A DNA stretch of 64,000 nucleotides from an uncultured Poribacteria bacterium (GCA_951813565.1 OX638351.1:4576001-4640000); one strand, 5' to 3'. Shown: positions 29,939-41,121, counted from the first letter of the stretch. Numbers and translations are program-made. Notes: generated from the letters alone by a model not told the origin.

Positions 29939-31798
29939 CTACGATCCCACAGCTAACGCAATTCCGGCACGAATAATGGCTTCTGTATCATAACCATAAC
30001 GGTCATATAATGTATTAACGTCTCCATGCTCAACAAAACGGTCTGGTACACCCAGTGAAGTCACACGGACATCTGTTACACTTTCGGCTGCAAGTGTCTC
30101 AAGTATAGCACTACCAAATCCACCCATCAATACACCATCTTCTACAGTAATGATTTTGCCAATCTGTTTTGCTAAATCTGCGATCAACGTGGTATCCAAA
30201 GGTTTGATAAAGCGTGCATTTACCACTGTTGTTTCTACCCCGGTTTCACTCAAAGTCTGTGCTGCCTCAAGCGCTGGGTATACTCGGTTTCCGAGTGCTA
30301 CAATTAGGAGATCATCACCTTCGCGGCATATCTCGGCTTTTCCAATAGGGAGCGGCATAGGTTCTGATGCCAACTTAGTGCCGATGCCGGTTCCGCGTGG
30401 ATAGCGCAACGCAATAGGACCAATCTCGTAGGTAAGTGCAGTTTTTAGCATGTGCTGCAATTCATTCTCATCTTTTGGTGCCATTGATACAATATTGGGA
30501 ATTGAACGTAGATAAGCAATATCAAAAACGCCATGATGTGTTGGCCCATCAGCGCCAACAATTCCGGCACGATCAAGCGCGAAGACAACGGGTAGATTCT
30601 GAATACAGACATCGTGGAGGACCTGGTCATATCCGCGTTGTAAGAAGGTTGAGTAGATAGCAACGACAGGTTTCAAACCTTCAGTTGCAAGGCCAGCAGC
30701 AAAGGTGACAGCACACTGCTCAGCTAAACCAATATCAAAACACCGATCTGGAAATGCCTCCGAAAACTTGTCTAAACCAGTTCCGCCTAACATAGCAGCT
30801 GTTACACCAATAATCCGTGAATCCTGTTTAGCTTCTTCAATGAGAGTACGGCTGAAAACATCTGTGTATTTAGGCGTTGCGGATGTGGGACGGAGTGATT
30901 TGCCAGTTTTCACGTCAAACTGACCGCTGACGCTATAAAACTTAACTGGGTCTTCTTCGGCAGGAAGATAACCTTTTCCTTTTTTTGTTACAACATGCAC
31001 CAAAATCGGACCAGTTAACTCACGAATACCTGTAAGGACAGGAATTAATGCTTCTAAATCATTGCCATCAAGAGGACCAAAATATCTGAACCCAAATTCC
31101 TCAAACAACGTACCCGGTTTGAGCGATGCTTCAATTTTTTGCGCGAGTGCTTTGGCATCGGAAGAGATAAAGTTCACCAATTCCTTAGCACCCGTACGGA
31201 GACGATTGTAGCCGCGCGAACTAATCAACTTATGGAAATGTTTTGAGATTGCGCCGATAGTAGGGGAAATCGACATCTGGTTATCGTTTAGGATAACGAG
31301 CATGTCCTTTTTGAAGTCCCCCGCGGCGTTTAACCCTTCAAGTGCCATTCCTCCTGTTAAGCCACCATCACCGATAACAGCAATAACCTTGAAGTCATCG
31401 TTATTAACATCACGAGCAGCAGCAATACCTAACGCAGCAGAAATTGAGGTACTTGAATGTCCTGCGCCAAAAACATCGTACTTGCTTTCTTCACGACTTA
31501 AAAATCCGCTAATACCATCGGTTTGCCGAAGTGTATCAAAAGTATCAGCTCGACCTGTAAGTAGTTTGTGCGGATATGCCTGATGCCCTATATCCCAGAT
31601 TAGTTTGTCGCGAGGTGTATCAAAAACTGTATGCAAGGCTATCGCTAATTCGATAGTCCCGAAATTAGGCGCGAAATGTCCGGGATGTTTGGATAGCACC
31701 GCCAATAGATAGGCGCGCATCTCCTCAGCGAGTGTTTCAAGCTCGCCTATATTTAGCGTCTTTAGATCTGCTGGTGACTTAATTTTTTCCAAAACCAT
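29939..31798 (-). CDS. dxs: 1-deoxy-D-xylulose-5-phosphate synthase
   Basis: WDIGHQAYPHK, GHSSTSISA, GDG..NDN, YSTFLQR, DGPTHHG. Confidence 0.97.
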   Translation of the reverse strand: MVLEKIKSPADLKTLNIGELETLAEEMRAYLLAVLSKHPGHFAPNFGTIELAIALHTVFDTPRDKLIWDIGHQAYPHKLLTGRADTFDTLRQTDGISGFLSREESKYDVFGAGHSSTSISAALGIAAARDVNNDDFKVIAVIGDGGLTGGMALEGLNAAGDFKKDMLVILNDNQMSISPTIGAISKHFHKLISSRGYNRLRTGAKELVNFISSDAKALAQKIEASLKPGTLFEEFGFRYFGPLDGNDLEALIPVLTGIRELTGPILVHVVTKKGKGYLPAEEDPVKFYSVSGQFDVKTGKSLRPTSATPKYTDVFSRTLIEEAKQDSRIIGVTAAMLGGTGLDKFSEAFPDRCFDIGLAEQCAVTFAAGLATEGLKPVVAIYSTFLQRGYDQVLHDVCIQNLPVVFALDRAGIVGADGPTHHGVFDIAYLRSIPNIVSMAPKDENELQHMLKTALTYEIGPIALRYPRGTGIGTKLASEPMPLPIGKAEICREGDDLLIVALGNRVYPALEAAQTLSETGVETTVVNARFIKPLDTTLIADLAKQIGKIITVEDGVLMGGFGSAILETLAAESVTDVRVTSLGVPDRFVEHGDVNTLYDRYGYDTEAIIRAGIALAVGS

Positions 31799-31800
31799 CC

Positions 31801-32031
31801 CTATTCTCCGTTTTCATTTTCGGATATAAATTCCGCTGTGGTGTCCCCATTCTCTTCTTGAGACACGTTTTGCACTCTCACCTCTGCAGCTTCAAGGAGT
31901 TCCCTACACGAACGGACTAAACCAACCCCTTCTTCAAACAGTGTCAGAGACGCGTCTAATTCCAAAGTATCAGGCGATTCTAACGTTTCTACAATCTCTT
32001 TTAGTCTTTCAAGTTTTTCTTCAAATGTCAA
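31801..32031 (-). CDS. xseB: Exonuclease VII small subunit
   Basis: FEEKLERLKEIV..LE, SLTLFEEG..L. Confidence 0.93.
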   Translation of the reverse strand: MTFEEKLERLKEIVETLESPDTLELDASLTLFEEGVGLVRSCRELLEAAEVRVQNVSQEENGDTTAEFISENENGE

Positions 32032-32077
32032 GCGGTTTCTCCTTACCTAACAACATCATATAGTTTTCGTCAATCTT

Positions 32078-33298
32078 TTAATCTAAACATTCATCAACTG
32101 TACAAACGAGGCTACCTTGTGAGAGCTTTACATCAAGTCTATCACCAGTGTTCACCTGACGACTTGATTTTACAACATCTTCGGTGACATTTCTAATAAT
32201 GCTATACCCTCGTTCCAAAGTTGCTAAAGGGCTAAGCCCGTTTAACCGAGCGGCTAAAGATTGTACCTGATTATCCACCAACCCTAATTTATCCGTCATG
32301 GTTTTTTGGCATGTTGCCTCAAGATTGTCAATTGATTGGTACAACTGATAAATGGTATCCATTCGTTTCGTTGGTGAAAGACCCGATTCCAATGCATCTA
32401 TTTCGGTATGTTGTGTCGTAATCTGGCGCATTATGAGTTCATTTAAACGATTTATCACGCCATTTAACTGTGCTAATAAATCCAATCTGTCGGGGACAAC
32501 ATGCTCCACTGCAGCAGATGGTGTTGGCGATCGGTGATCCGAAACCATATCCGAAATAGTGAAATCTGTTTCATGACCAACAGCCGAGACAACAGGTATT
32601 TTAGAATTAAATATCGCGCGCGCTACAATTTCTTCATTAAATGCCCATAGGTCTTCCATTGAACCGCCGCCACGTCCTACGATCAAAACATCAATGTCCG
32701 TTCTACTGTTCATAGCACGTATTGCATTTGCAATTTGTGCCGCAGCATATTCACCTTGCACGAGTGTAGGATGGAGCAAGAGTTCAGCTAACGGATAACG
32801 TTTTTGGAGTTGTTGCTGAATATCTTGAATAGCTGCACCTGTTTCAGAGGTAATCACCCCGATTTTCTTTGGAAATATCGGTAACGGCTTTTTGTGAGCA
32901 GCATCAAATAGTCCTTCATCTGAAAGTTTCTGTTTTAGTTCCTCAAAAGCTCGCTGCAGTGCACCGATTCCAAGTGGTTCGATTGTATTTACAATTATCT
33001 GATATTCACTGCTCGTAGCATAAATGTTGATTCGCCCCTGGACCAGAATTTCTTCACCATCACGCGGTAAAAATTGTAGTCGGGAAGCACTACTTCGCCA
33101 CAAAACACTCCTGATATTACTGTTTTCATCTTTAAGTGTGAAATAGATATGTCCAGACGCGGGACGACTCAGATTTGAAACTTGTCCTTTCACCCACACA
33201 TTTTGAAGTACTGGTTGCTGCTCAATTATGCGAGATAAGGTATTCGTTATTTGCGTAACACTGAAAATAGTCCGAGGCATCGGAAGTTCTAATTGCAT
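32078..33298 (-). CDS. xseA: Exonuclease VII large subunit
   Basis: SGHIYFTLKD, GRGGGSMEDLWAFN, AVGHETD, PTPSAA. Confidence 0.96.
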   Translation of the reverse strand: MQLELPMPRTIFSVTQITNTLSRIIEQQPVLQNVWVKGQVSNLSRPASGHIYFTLKDENSNIRSVLWRSSASRLQFLPRDGEEILVQGRINIYATSSEYQIIVNTIEPLGIGALQRAFEELKQKLSDEGLFDAAHKKPLPIFPKKIGVITSETGAAIQDIQQQLQKRYPLAELLLHPTLVQGEYAAAQIANAIRAMNSRTDIDVLIVGRGGGSMEDLWAFNEEIVARAIFNSKIPVVSAVGHETDFTISDMVSDHRSPTPSAAVEHVVPDRLDLLAQLNGVINRLNELIMRQITTQHTEIDALESGLSPTKRMDTIYQLYQSIDNLEATCQKTMTDKLGLVDNQVQSLAARLNGLSPLATLERGYSIIRNVTEDVVKSSRQVNTGDRLDVKLSQGSLVCTVDECLD

Positions 33299-33366
33299 TT
33301 TTGTCTATCTCTAAGAATGAATACTTATATGAATTTTGTTGGCGAATCAATTATCTCATCTGATTT

Positions 33367-34155
33367 TCAAAGCTGATATTGTATCCTTTCAATACTGAGT
33401 GCTAATCCTGTTTCATCATCCAATTCAATCTCAACTGCATTTAGCTTGATATTATCTTTTGCCACACCAAAGCGCGCAGGCATCATTGTCAAAAAACTTT
33501 CAACTACCTTCTCTATTCTGCTTCCAATAACCGAATCATGAGGGCCTGTCATGCCAACGTCCGTAATATAAGCGGTGCCCTGTGGCAGAACACGCTCATC
33601 TGCTGTTTGAACGTGTGTATGTGTGCCGATAACTGCACCCACCTTACCATCCGCATGCCATCCCATTGCGATCTTTTCTGAAGTCGCTTCAGCATGAAAA
33701 TCAAGAATCACATACGGCGTTTCCAATTTCACTTCAGATAGAATCGTATCCAATGCGTGAAACGGATTTGTATATCTATTCATGAATATCTGCCCCGCGA
33801 GGTTGATTACACCAAGTTTAGCGCGTCCATCCATTGAAGGGACTATGGTAAAACCGCGTCCAGGAACTTCCGCAGGATAGTTTGCAGGACGAATCAGCTG
33901 CGGCGTTGTATCAACAAAGTCAAATATCTCTTTCTGATCCCAAACATGGTTTCCAGTCGTAATTGCAGAAACGCCAGATGCCAACAACTGATCAACAATT
34001 TCAAATGTTAGACCTTTTCCTCCAGCAGCGTTTTCACCATTGGCAATGATGAAGTCGTAGGAATTTTCAGACGGTTTGCTAAGTTCCTTCAAGAATTCGG
34101 TTACTGCTCTTCTCCCCGGATTTCCGACAATATCTCCAATAAAAAGTATTTTCAT
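33367..34155 (-). CDS. ymdB: YmdB-like metallophosphoesterase (TIGR00282)
   Basis: FIGDIVG, NGENAAGG, GNH, DFHAEATSEK, GTHTHV. Confidence 0.92.
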   Translation of the reverse strand: MKILFIGDIVGNPGRRAVTEFLKELSKPSENSYDFIIANGENAAGGKGLTFEIVDQLLASGVSAITTGNHVWDQKEIFDFVDTTPQLIRPANYPAEVPGRGFTIVPSMDGRAKLGVINLAGQIFMNRYTNPFHALDTILSEVKLETPYVILDFHAEATSEKIAMGWHADGKVGAVIGTHTHVQTADERVLPQGTAYITDVGMTGPHDSVIGSRIEKVVESFLTMMPARFGVAKDNIKLNAVEIELDDETGLALSIERIQYQL

Positions 34156-34291
34156 TTTCTTTATCACATTTCTCGTAATCTCTTACGGTTTGCTCGCGTT
34201 ATCTTACTTTAGCGGAATTTTCTATCTGCCTGATTGTCTATTAATTTTACTTATGAAGTCTGTTTTAGTGTTCTGTCCAAATCAAAAGATG

Positions 34292-34825
34292 TTATACTAC
34301 TTCTAACTCCGCAAGTGTAAAAACCGATGCGAATGAACATCCGAGCGCATTAATTTTTTCCTCTCCCCCCGCTTGCCTGTCAATGGCTGCTACAACATGT
34401 TCCACTGTGTGTCCCTCTCCACGAATCTGTTCTATAGATGTGCAAACCTGTCCTGCAGTCGTAATAACATCTTCTATAACAACAAGTGAACTTTTCTCTT
34501 GGACACCTCCTTCTATGAGATTGCATGTGCCGTAATTTTTTGCTTCCTTACGGACATAAAAACAAGGAATACCAGTTTTCAAAGAGATTGCTGTCGCAAG
34601 TGGAACACCTCCTAATTCCAATCCTGCTAAACCATCACATTCTATTGGGAGCAGTTTAGCCATTTCTTTGGCGATTGCAGTTAGCAGCTCCGGATCACTT
34701 TCAAACCGGTATTTGTCCCAATAGAAATTACTAATATTCCCTGAACGCAGCTTGAATTCACCTGTAAGATATGAAACAGCACGAATCTGCTTTGCCAATT
34801 CAGTTTTTGTCATATAGGTTACCAT
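34292..34825 (-). CDS. pyrE: Orotate phosphoribosyltransferase
   Basis: GEFKLRSG, ELGGVP, RKEAKNYGT, IEDVITTAG. Confidence 0.9.
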   Translation of the reverse strand: MVTYMTKTELAKQIRAVSYLTGEFKLRSGNISNFYWDKYRFESDPELLTAIAKEMAKLLPIECDGLAGLELGGVPLATAISLKTGIPCFYVRKEAKNYGTCNLIEGGVQEKSSLVVIEDVITTAGQVCTSIEQIRGEGHTVEHVVAAIDRQAGGEEKINALGCSFASVFTLAELEVV

Positions 34826-34837
34826 TTCAGAAGTGGT

Positions 34838-35884
34838 CTAATGCACCTCAATATGTGCACCATCTGCTGCGATGACTTCACCAATTACCGCGGCTTCAGG
34901 ACAATCATCAGCGTGAAGTTCTTTTACGGCTGCATCGGCATTTTCTGCTGGCAGCGCAAATAATAGACCGCCTGACGTTTCTGCTTCCATCAAAATATGG
35001 CGCATCTCCTCTGAAACTGATGACCTGAACGAGACCTTATCCGAAAGGAATTTCGTATTTGCCAGATATGCTTGCGTGTAGGTTTTCTTTTTAACGAGTG
35101 ACGGAGCATCTTCAAAGTACGGAATCGCACTGCTATCTATTTTTAGACGCACATTGTTACCTGCTGCCATTTCTGACGCGTGTCCTAACAATCCATAACC
35201 TGTGACATCTGTGCATGCGGATGCATTATATTTTAACATAACTGCAGATGCAGAAGAGTTGAGTCGCGCCATAGATTCAACCAATTGCGGCAAGACTTCT
35301 TCACCAATTTTGTTGAATTTCAAGCCTGTCGTCAGAATGCCGATACCGAGATTTTTCGTTAAAATGAGAACATCACCGGGACGCGCGCCGTAGTTTTTTA
35401 CAAACTTTTCTGGATGCACAATACCGGTTACTGCAAGTCCATACATCAGTTCTGGTGAATCCACCGTATGCCCACCGAGAAGTGCTGCTCCTGCTTCTGC
35501 AGCCTTTTCAGCTCCTCCTCTTACAATATCACCAAGGATCGATAGATCAAGGTCATCCCTGGGCCAGCAGGTAATATTCAACGCAGTTTTCGGTGTGCCG
35601 CCCATGCTATAAACGTCGCTCAGTGAATTTGTGGCTGCAATCGCGCCGAATGTATAGGGATCATCTACGATAGGGGTAAAATAGTCCACCGTGTTCACAA
35701 GCGCAAGGTCATCAGAAATACGGTATATCCCCGCGTCATCAGAGGTTTCTGTGCCAACAAGCAGGTTCGGGTCAGTAGATTTCGGAAGGTTACTTAAAAT
35801 GTGTGAAAGCTCGCCCGGAGCAAGTTTTGACGCTCACCCAGCGCATTTGACGGTTGCAGTAAGACGGATTTTCTTGTTTGTCAT
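34838..35884 (-). CDS. selD: Selenophosphate synthetase, Sec-containing (U17)
   Basis: MTNKKIRLTATVKCAG-TGA-ASKL...DDAG...TVDYFTPIVDDP, GGHT, DVTGYGLLGH, ETSGGLL; TGA at 35834-35836 in frame. Confidence 0.95.
35808..35827 (-). promoter_or_regulatory. Candidate SECIS of selD
   Basis: mRNA AAAA-CUUGCU-CCG-GGCGAG-CUUU hairpin just downstream of UGA. Confidence 0.55.
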
Positions 35885-36112
35885 AATTTTGGAGTGTAAA
35901 ATTGAGTAGGTCTAATACCCGATTAACCCGATTCGTAGCGCGAGGTCTCTGTGCCTCGCAATGTTGACTTTAGCAGAAGACTCCCAATCAAATTAATTGG
36001 TATAATAGTTGAAGTAATTTAGAAGTTCCTGAACTATGTTAATCGTGTTGGTCAAAATCGCAGCTGTTTCAGAAATACCCATTAATTTATGAATTTATAG
36101 TTGCAGATTACG

Positions 36113-37012
36113 CTACGACTTAAGCTCTGCCACAACTGATTTTACATACGCGACACTCCGACCATCTTGATGAAACTGATCACCGTAACGGACACCTTCA
36201 ATTGCAAGATATCCGTCAAAGTTCGCGTCTAACAACGCAGCGATTGCGAAACGATAATCAATTTCCCCATCTGGGAGTGGGACTTGGACGTAGATTGCAG
36301 TTTCTAAATCTGGTATATGCACACGATAGAGACTCTTGCAATGCCAATAGTTGACATGCGGTGCAAGCGCTACAATGGCATCTTCGCACGATTCCTCTGG
36401 AATGTCATAAGTCCAATAGATGTTCCCTAAGTCCGGATTGATACCGACATTCGGTACATCAATCAACTCAAGTAGATGTAACGCTGACCAGCTGTTGTCC
36501 ACAATTGAATTTTGATGGATCTCAATGGAGATAGAGACGTTTTGATCTGCAGCAATAGAAGCCACCTCAGAGACAGCAACCGCTGTCCGTTCATAGTCTA
36601 TTGTACTTGCTTGGCGGCTTGAGCCTTGCGAGACAGATTCACCACGATATGTGCCTTTGCTGTTTGGGTCTCGTGGCGGCGTAGTGACTGTGGAATTCAC
36701 AACGTTTGCACCTATTTTGGCAGCAAAATTAACAGCATTTATCATAGATTGTTTATTACCAGCAGCAACACGTGGATGTGCAGCACCGCCGCCTCCACGG
36801 ACTGCTACACACGGCATGCCTACCTCTTCAAGTTGTGTTCGGAGTGTCCCAATCTCTGCATCTGGCAGGTTCATTGTCGGAAGTTCAATACCTTCAAATC
36901 CGATTTCTTTCGCCTTTTGCAGAAACTGTTGTCTATTTTTGGCATCGGTGGGTAGTCCACCGCCATTATATGGATAAGATGCACACCTCCGAAAAGCATA
37001 CGCAATTTTCAT
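36113..37012 (-). CDS. Sugar phosphate isomerase/epimerase (xylose-isomerase-like TIM barrel)
   Basis: GFEGIEL, IEIHQ, NPDLGN, HCK, GEIDY, FDGYLAIE. Confidence 0.85.
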   Translation of the reverse strand: MKIAYAFRRCASYPYNGGGLPTDAKNRQQFLQKAKEIGFEGIELPTMNLPDAEIGTLRTQLEEVGMPCVAVRGGGGAAHPRVAAGNKQSMINAVNFAAKIGANVVNSTVTTPPRDPNSKGTYRGESVSQGSSRQASTIDYERTAVAVSEVASIAADQNVSISIEIHQNSIVDNSWSALHLLELIDVPNVGINPDLGNIYWTYDIPEESCEDAIVALAPHVNYWHCKSLYRVHIPDLETAIYVQVPLPDGEIDYRFAIAALLDANFDGYLAIEGVRYGDQFHQDGRSVAYVKSVVAELKS

Positions 37013-37620
37013 TCTATTTCCCCTTCAAATAGATACATCACAGCTTGCTGCAATTGCCGAAAAATAACGCTGAATTGTTCATGAGCAGCCCCATCGTACG
37101 ACACTTTTTTATTATGTTCTATATGTGTTCGCATACTTTCCAAAATACTTTGGTAGTACCACGCTTGCGCCTCTAACCCACCGTGAAAACGCTCCCAGAC
37201 CACATCACCGATGTTATCGTATTCCGAAATAACAGTCCGTAGATTATGAAGTTTATCCGCACAAGTTACAAGGCAAACCTCTGTGGAAGCATCCTTTAAG
37301 GCTTCAATACGTTCAATCTTTCGTTCACGCCATCGCAGTGACTTATTCTCAGAACATTCATCAACAATGTCCGCGACAGATTCGCCAAAGTCTTTTCGGA
37401 TACACGCTAACGTCAAGTCGGTGTCTTCAACCGTATCATGTAGAATTCCTGCTATGACCACCGTTTCCGCACATCCCGCATTCATTAACATCAGTCCAAC
37501 AGCATAGGGATGCGTAATATAAGGCGTGTTAGTGCCTTTCCTAAACTGTCCATCGTGCGCTTGTGCGGCGAGTTCTATCGCTGCTTCAATACGGTTTTTC
37601 CGAATGTCATTTTTCGCCAT
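37009..37620 (-). CDS. Stand-alone HD hydrolase (Mesh1/small alarmone hydrolase-like)
   Basis: AHDGQFRK..PYITHP, ILHDTVEDT, ADKLHNL. Confidence 0.85.
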   Translation of the reverse strand: MAKNDIRKNRIEAAIELAAQAHDGQFRKGTNTPYITHPYAVGLMLMNAGCAETVVIAGILHDTVEDTDLTLACIRKDFGESVADIVDECSENKSLRWRERKIERIEALKDASTEVCLVTCADKLHNLRTVISEYDNIGDVVWERFHGGLEAQAWYYQSILESMRTHIEHNKKVSYDGAAHEQFSVIFRQLQQAVMYLFEGEIE

Positions 37621-37948
37621 GCGTCCTATCGCTACTCAATTCACGCCTATAAATATCAGCAAACAATACATCTGTTAGAAATTCAAAGATTAAAACAGTG
37701 TTAAATGATACACTATTTCTGCTTGTTCAGTCAAGATATTTTTAAAATGCTTCCAGAGCCATTCAATTGTCGGGTTTTTCTCAATATTTACACACGGTCG
37801 CGACCAGGAGGTCGCTCCTACAAGAAGAGATATTGAAGATGTTAGAAAGTATTGGAAATTGAATGGTTCTGAAAATACTTCAGAGTTGGCATTATAGAAT
37901 ATCCATAATAATTTTTCAGAACACAATGACATTTACAGGAGAAACATT

Positions 37949-39403
37949 ATGGCTACGATTGCTATCGGTGGGATCATGCACGAATCTAATACATTTAGTA
38001 ACACACCAACCGACTTTGAGGCGTTTTCTCACAGCATTGGAGAAGATTTATTCCCGGTTTGGAAGGGGACACATCATGAAATGGGTGGGTTTATTCAAGG
38101 CGTAGTTCAACAAGGCTTCACAGCTTACCCGACCTTAATGGCTACGGCGACACCTGCTGGTCCTGTAACTGACGCTGCTTTTGATAAACTCACTGATATT
38201 CTCATACAGCAACTCAAAGCAATACCGAAACTGGATGGATTACTGCTCGCACTGCACGGCGCGATGGTGGTAGAGAGTTATCCTGATGGTGATGGCGAAG
38301 TGTTAAAAAGACTACAAGAAATCTTCGGAGAATCTCTGCCTATTGTTGTGACACTTGACCATCATGCAAATGTCTCTCAACAGATGGTTGACAGATCAAC
38401 AGCACTCGTAATTTATAAAACAAATCCACACATCGATCAGCGGCTGCGTGGGTTACAAGCAGCAGAATTAATGATGCACATTCTCAAAGAAAAAGTAATA
38501 CCTACGCAGGTACTTGCTAAACCGCCTATGATTCTCAATATCCTATATCAAAATACAAGTGCCGAACCGATGCGTTCCATTATAAAAGAAGCCGAACAAT
38601 TAGAACGTGATGCTAATATTCTTGTAGCTAATGTTGCAGCGGGATATCCTTATGCAGATGTCTATGAGGTAGGTCCATCCTTCGTTGTTGTAACAAATAA
38701 CGACCCGAAACTTGCACAAGCTGAGACTAATCGGTTATCAGATATGTTGTGGAATATCCGTGACCAATTAACACTGGATCTGCCTGACGCAGTAGACGCT
38801 GTGCGGCAAGCAATTTCGAGCCACGAACATCCGGTGATACTTGTTGAAATGGGCGATAATATAGGCGGCGGTTCACCCGGTGATAGCACTTTCATACTTG
38901 CAGAGTTGTTACGACAAAAGGCATCCGGGTTTGTCGTTGTTCTGTGCGACCCTGAGAATGTGCAAGCCTGTATTCAGGTAGGTGTCGGCAATGAAGTGTC
39001 TTTACAGGTCGGTGGGAAAACTGACAATCAACACGGAGAACTTGTTTCAATTCAAGGCAAAATCCGCTTAATTCATGATGGACATTTTATTGAGACGGAA
39101 CCGCGTCACGGTGGACAAAAATATCACAATCAAGGATTGACAACGGTCGTTGCTGTAGGAGACTCGTTAGTGGTGCTGACAAGCAACCGTCAAACACCTT
39201 TTAGTCTACAGCAGTTGCTGAGTCTCGGCATCAATCCGAAAGCGATGCGTATGATTGTTGTCAAAGCCGCAATCGCATATCGCGCTGCTTATGAAACGAT
39301 TGCTGGGAAGATTATTGAGGTGGATACGCCCGGATTGACAGCAGTGAATCCGCTGCATTTTAAGTATGAGAATGTTCGGCGGCTGTTGTTTCCATTGGAT
39401 TGA
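37949..39403 (+). CDS. M81 family metallopeptidase (MlrC-like)
   Basis: HESNTFS, LHGAM, LDHHAN, YKTNPHID, DNIGGG.PGD. Confidence 0.9.
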   Translation: MATIAIGGIMHESNTFSNTPTDFEAFSHSIGEDLFPVWKGTHHEMGGFIQGVVQQGFTAYPTLMATATPAGPVTDAAFDKLTDILIQQLKAIPKLDGLLLALHGAMVVESYPDGDGEVLKRLQEIFGESLPIVVTLDHHANVSQQMVDRSTALVIYKTNPHIDQRLRGLQAAELMMHILKEKVIPTQVLAKPPMILNILYQNTSAEPMRSIIKEAEQLERDANILVANVAAGYPYADVYEVGPSFVVVTNNDPKLAQAETNRLSDMLWNIRDQLTLDLPDAVDAVRQAISSHEHPVILVEMGDNIGGGSPGDSTFILAELLRQKASGFVVVLCDPENVQACIQVGVGNEVSLQVGGKTDNQHGELVSIQGKIRLIHDGHFIETEPRHGGQKYHNQGLTTVVAVGDSLVVLTSNRQTPFSLQQLLSLGINPKAMRMIVVKAAIAYRAAYETIAGKIIEVDTPGLTAVNPLHFKYENVRRLLFPLD

Positions 39404-39423
39404 AAAATCTATCAAACACCCTC

Positions 39424-39452
39424 TTGACAACTACATCTCCTTATGCTATCCT
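39424..39452 (+). promoter_or_regulatory. sigma70-like promoter
   Basis: TTGACA-17bp-TATCCT with extended TG. Confidence 0.45.
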
Positions 39453-39487
39453 TATCTCCGTAAAATACTATAGATTAGGAAAAGAAA

Positions 39488-41107
39488 ATGAGACGTTTTG
39501 GAACACAGGGCCCTGTCCATCCAGAGAAGAACTATGTTGTCAGTCGTGCTGCGGAGCTTAATGATTTCATTGCGCGTATCAAAGACGGACGTTATATCGT
39601 TATCTTCGCACCGCGTCAGACTGGCAAGACCACCTTCTTTCAAAATGCGCTGAACGTATTCACAGACAGCGAACCAACTTGCTTACCAATTCAGCTGAAT
39701 TTTGAGGAATTTGAAGGATCCATTCCATCAATATTTTACAACTATTTCTATCAAGATTTATGTGATGAAATAGTAAATGTTTTGGAAAAAAAAGGACACA
39801 CGCTATCAGAAACACTTCGTCAATATTTAGAAAATACGAATATTACCGATCAAGTTTCAATGCGAAGATTCTTTAGAATGTTAGACAATATTCTAAAATC
39901 TGAATATAATATGCATTGGGTTATTCTAATCATAGACGAATTTGACGGCATCCCACAAGAAGCATTAGTAGGTTTTCTTCATTCACTTCGTCGTATCTAT
40001 ATTTCAAATTCCACCCCGAAATGTCCTCACAGCGTTGGTATTGTCGGCGTAAAAAGTATCGCGCAACTTAATTATGACCGCTCTATATCCCCTTTCAACA
40101 TTCAAGATGAATTTCACCTCCCGAACTTTACACCTGAACAGGTACGGGAACTACTACAGCAGTACACAGAAGAAGTTGGACAACCCTTTAAGTCTGAAGT
40201 AATTGAATCCATACACAAGCAGACTGCGGGGCAGCCTTTTCTCGTCAACCGATTGGCACAAATACTTACTGATGAGTTTGAGATTCCAAAGACAGAATCT
40301 ATTACGATGGACCATTTCTTACAAGCACACTTCCAGCTGCTCCATGAACGAAATACGAACATTGACCATTTGACAACAAATATCCGCAGAAACCCACGTT
40401 TTGAAAGTATTTTGATGCGAATTACTGCATCTGATGATGGTCCGGCTTTTAATCTTCGCGATGATCTTATCAGTGAACTTGCAACCTATGGAGTCATAAA
40501 ACAAGGCACGGACGGTATGTGTGAAATTGCTAACCCAATTTATTTTTATTGTATCTTACAGATGTTCAAATCTGCAGTGAACGGGTTAGAGCAGGAATAT
40601 CTCCCTGAAGACACTCGCGAAGGTTTCCTTGATTACCTCTCAACGACTGGAAATATAGAGATGGGGACGTTGCTTGATAACTTCCGAGATTTCATAGCAC
40701 GCGCGGGCTTTAAGATACTCCAAGTACCAGACACGCCGCAAGAATCTGTGGGGAGGCATCTGCTATTAGCGTATCTTGAGCAGTTTGTCCGGTTGGTAGG
40801 TGGATTTATGCACATTGAGGTGCAAACCGGACGTGGTAGGATGGACCTACTCATCACTCATAATCAGCGAAAATACGTGGTCGAAACAAAAGTGTGGAGA
40901 GGCGAAGTAAGTTATCAGAAAGGTAAGCGGCAACTTGCATCATACCTCAAATTGGAAGGTGCAATAGAGGGCTACTATGTTGTCTTTGACCATCGCACCA
41001 ATCCAGAACCACGTTCTGAGACAGAAGAAATTGAAAGTTTTAAAATTCGGAGTTATGTTATTCCTGTTATGCAGGAACGCCCCTCAGCAGAAAGTTTTGA
41101 CAATTAA
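39488..41107 (+). CDS. AAA-like ATPase with C-terminal PD-(D/E)XK nuclease
   Basis: APRQTGKTT, IIDEFD, SPFNI, T.GQP; GRMDL..ETK..QL..Y. Confidence 0.85.
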   Translation: MRRFGTQGPVHPEKNYVVSRAAELNDFIARIKDGRYIVIFAPRQTGKTTFFQNALNVFTDSEPTCLPIQLNFEEFEGSIPSIFYNYFYQDLCDEIVNVLEKKGHTLSETLRQYLENTNITDQVSMRRFFRMLDNILKSEYNMHWVILIIDEFDGIPQEALVGFLHSLRRIYISNSTPKCPHSVGIVGVKSIAQLNYDRSISPFNIQDEFHLPNFTPEQVRELLQQYTEEVGQPFKSEVIESIHKQTAGQPFLVNRLAQILTDEFEIPKTESITMDHFLQAHFQLLHERNTNIDHLTTNIRRNPRFESILMRITASDDGPAFNLRDDLISELATYGVIKQGTDGMCEIANPIYFYCILQMFKSAVNGLEQEYLPEDTREGFLDYLSTTGNIEMGTLLDNFRDFIARAGFKILQVPDTPQESVGRHLLLAYLEQFVRLVGGFMHIEVQTGRGRMDLLITHNQRKYVVETKVWRGEVSYQKGKRQLASYLKLEGAIEGYYVVFDHRTNPEPRSETEEIESFKIRSYVIPVMQERPSAESFDN

Positions 41108-41121
41108 AATGAGGATTGAAA

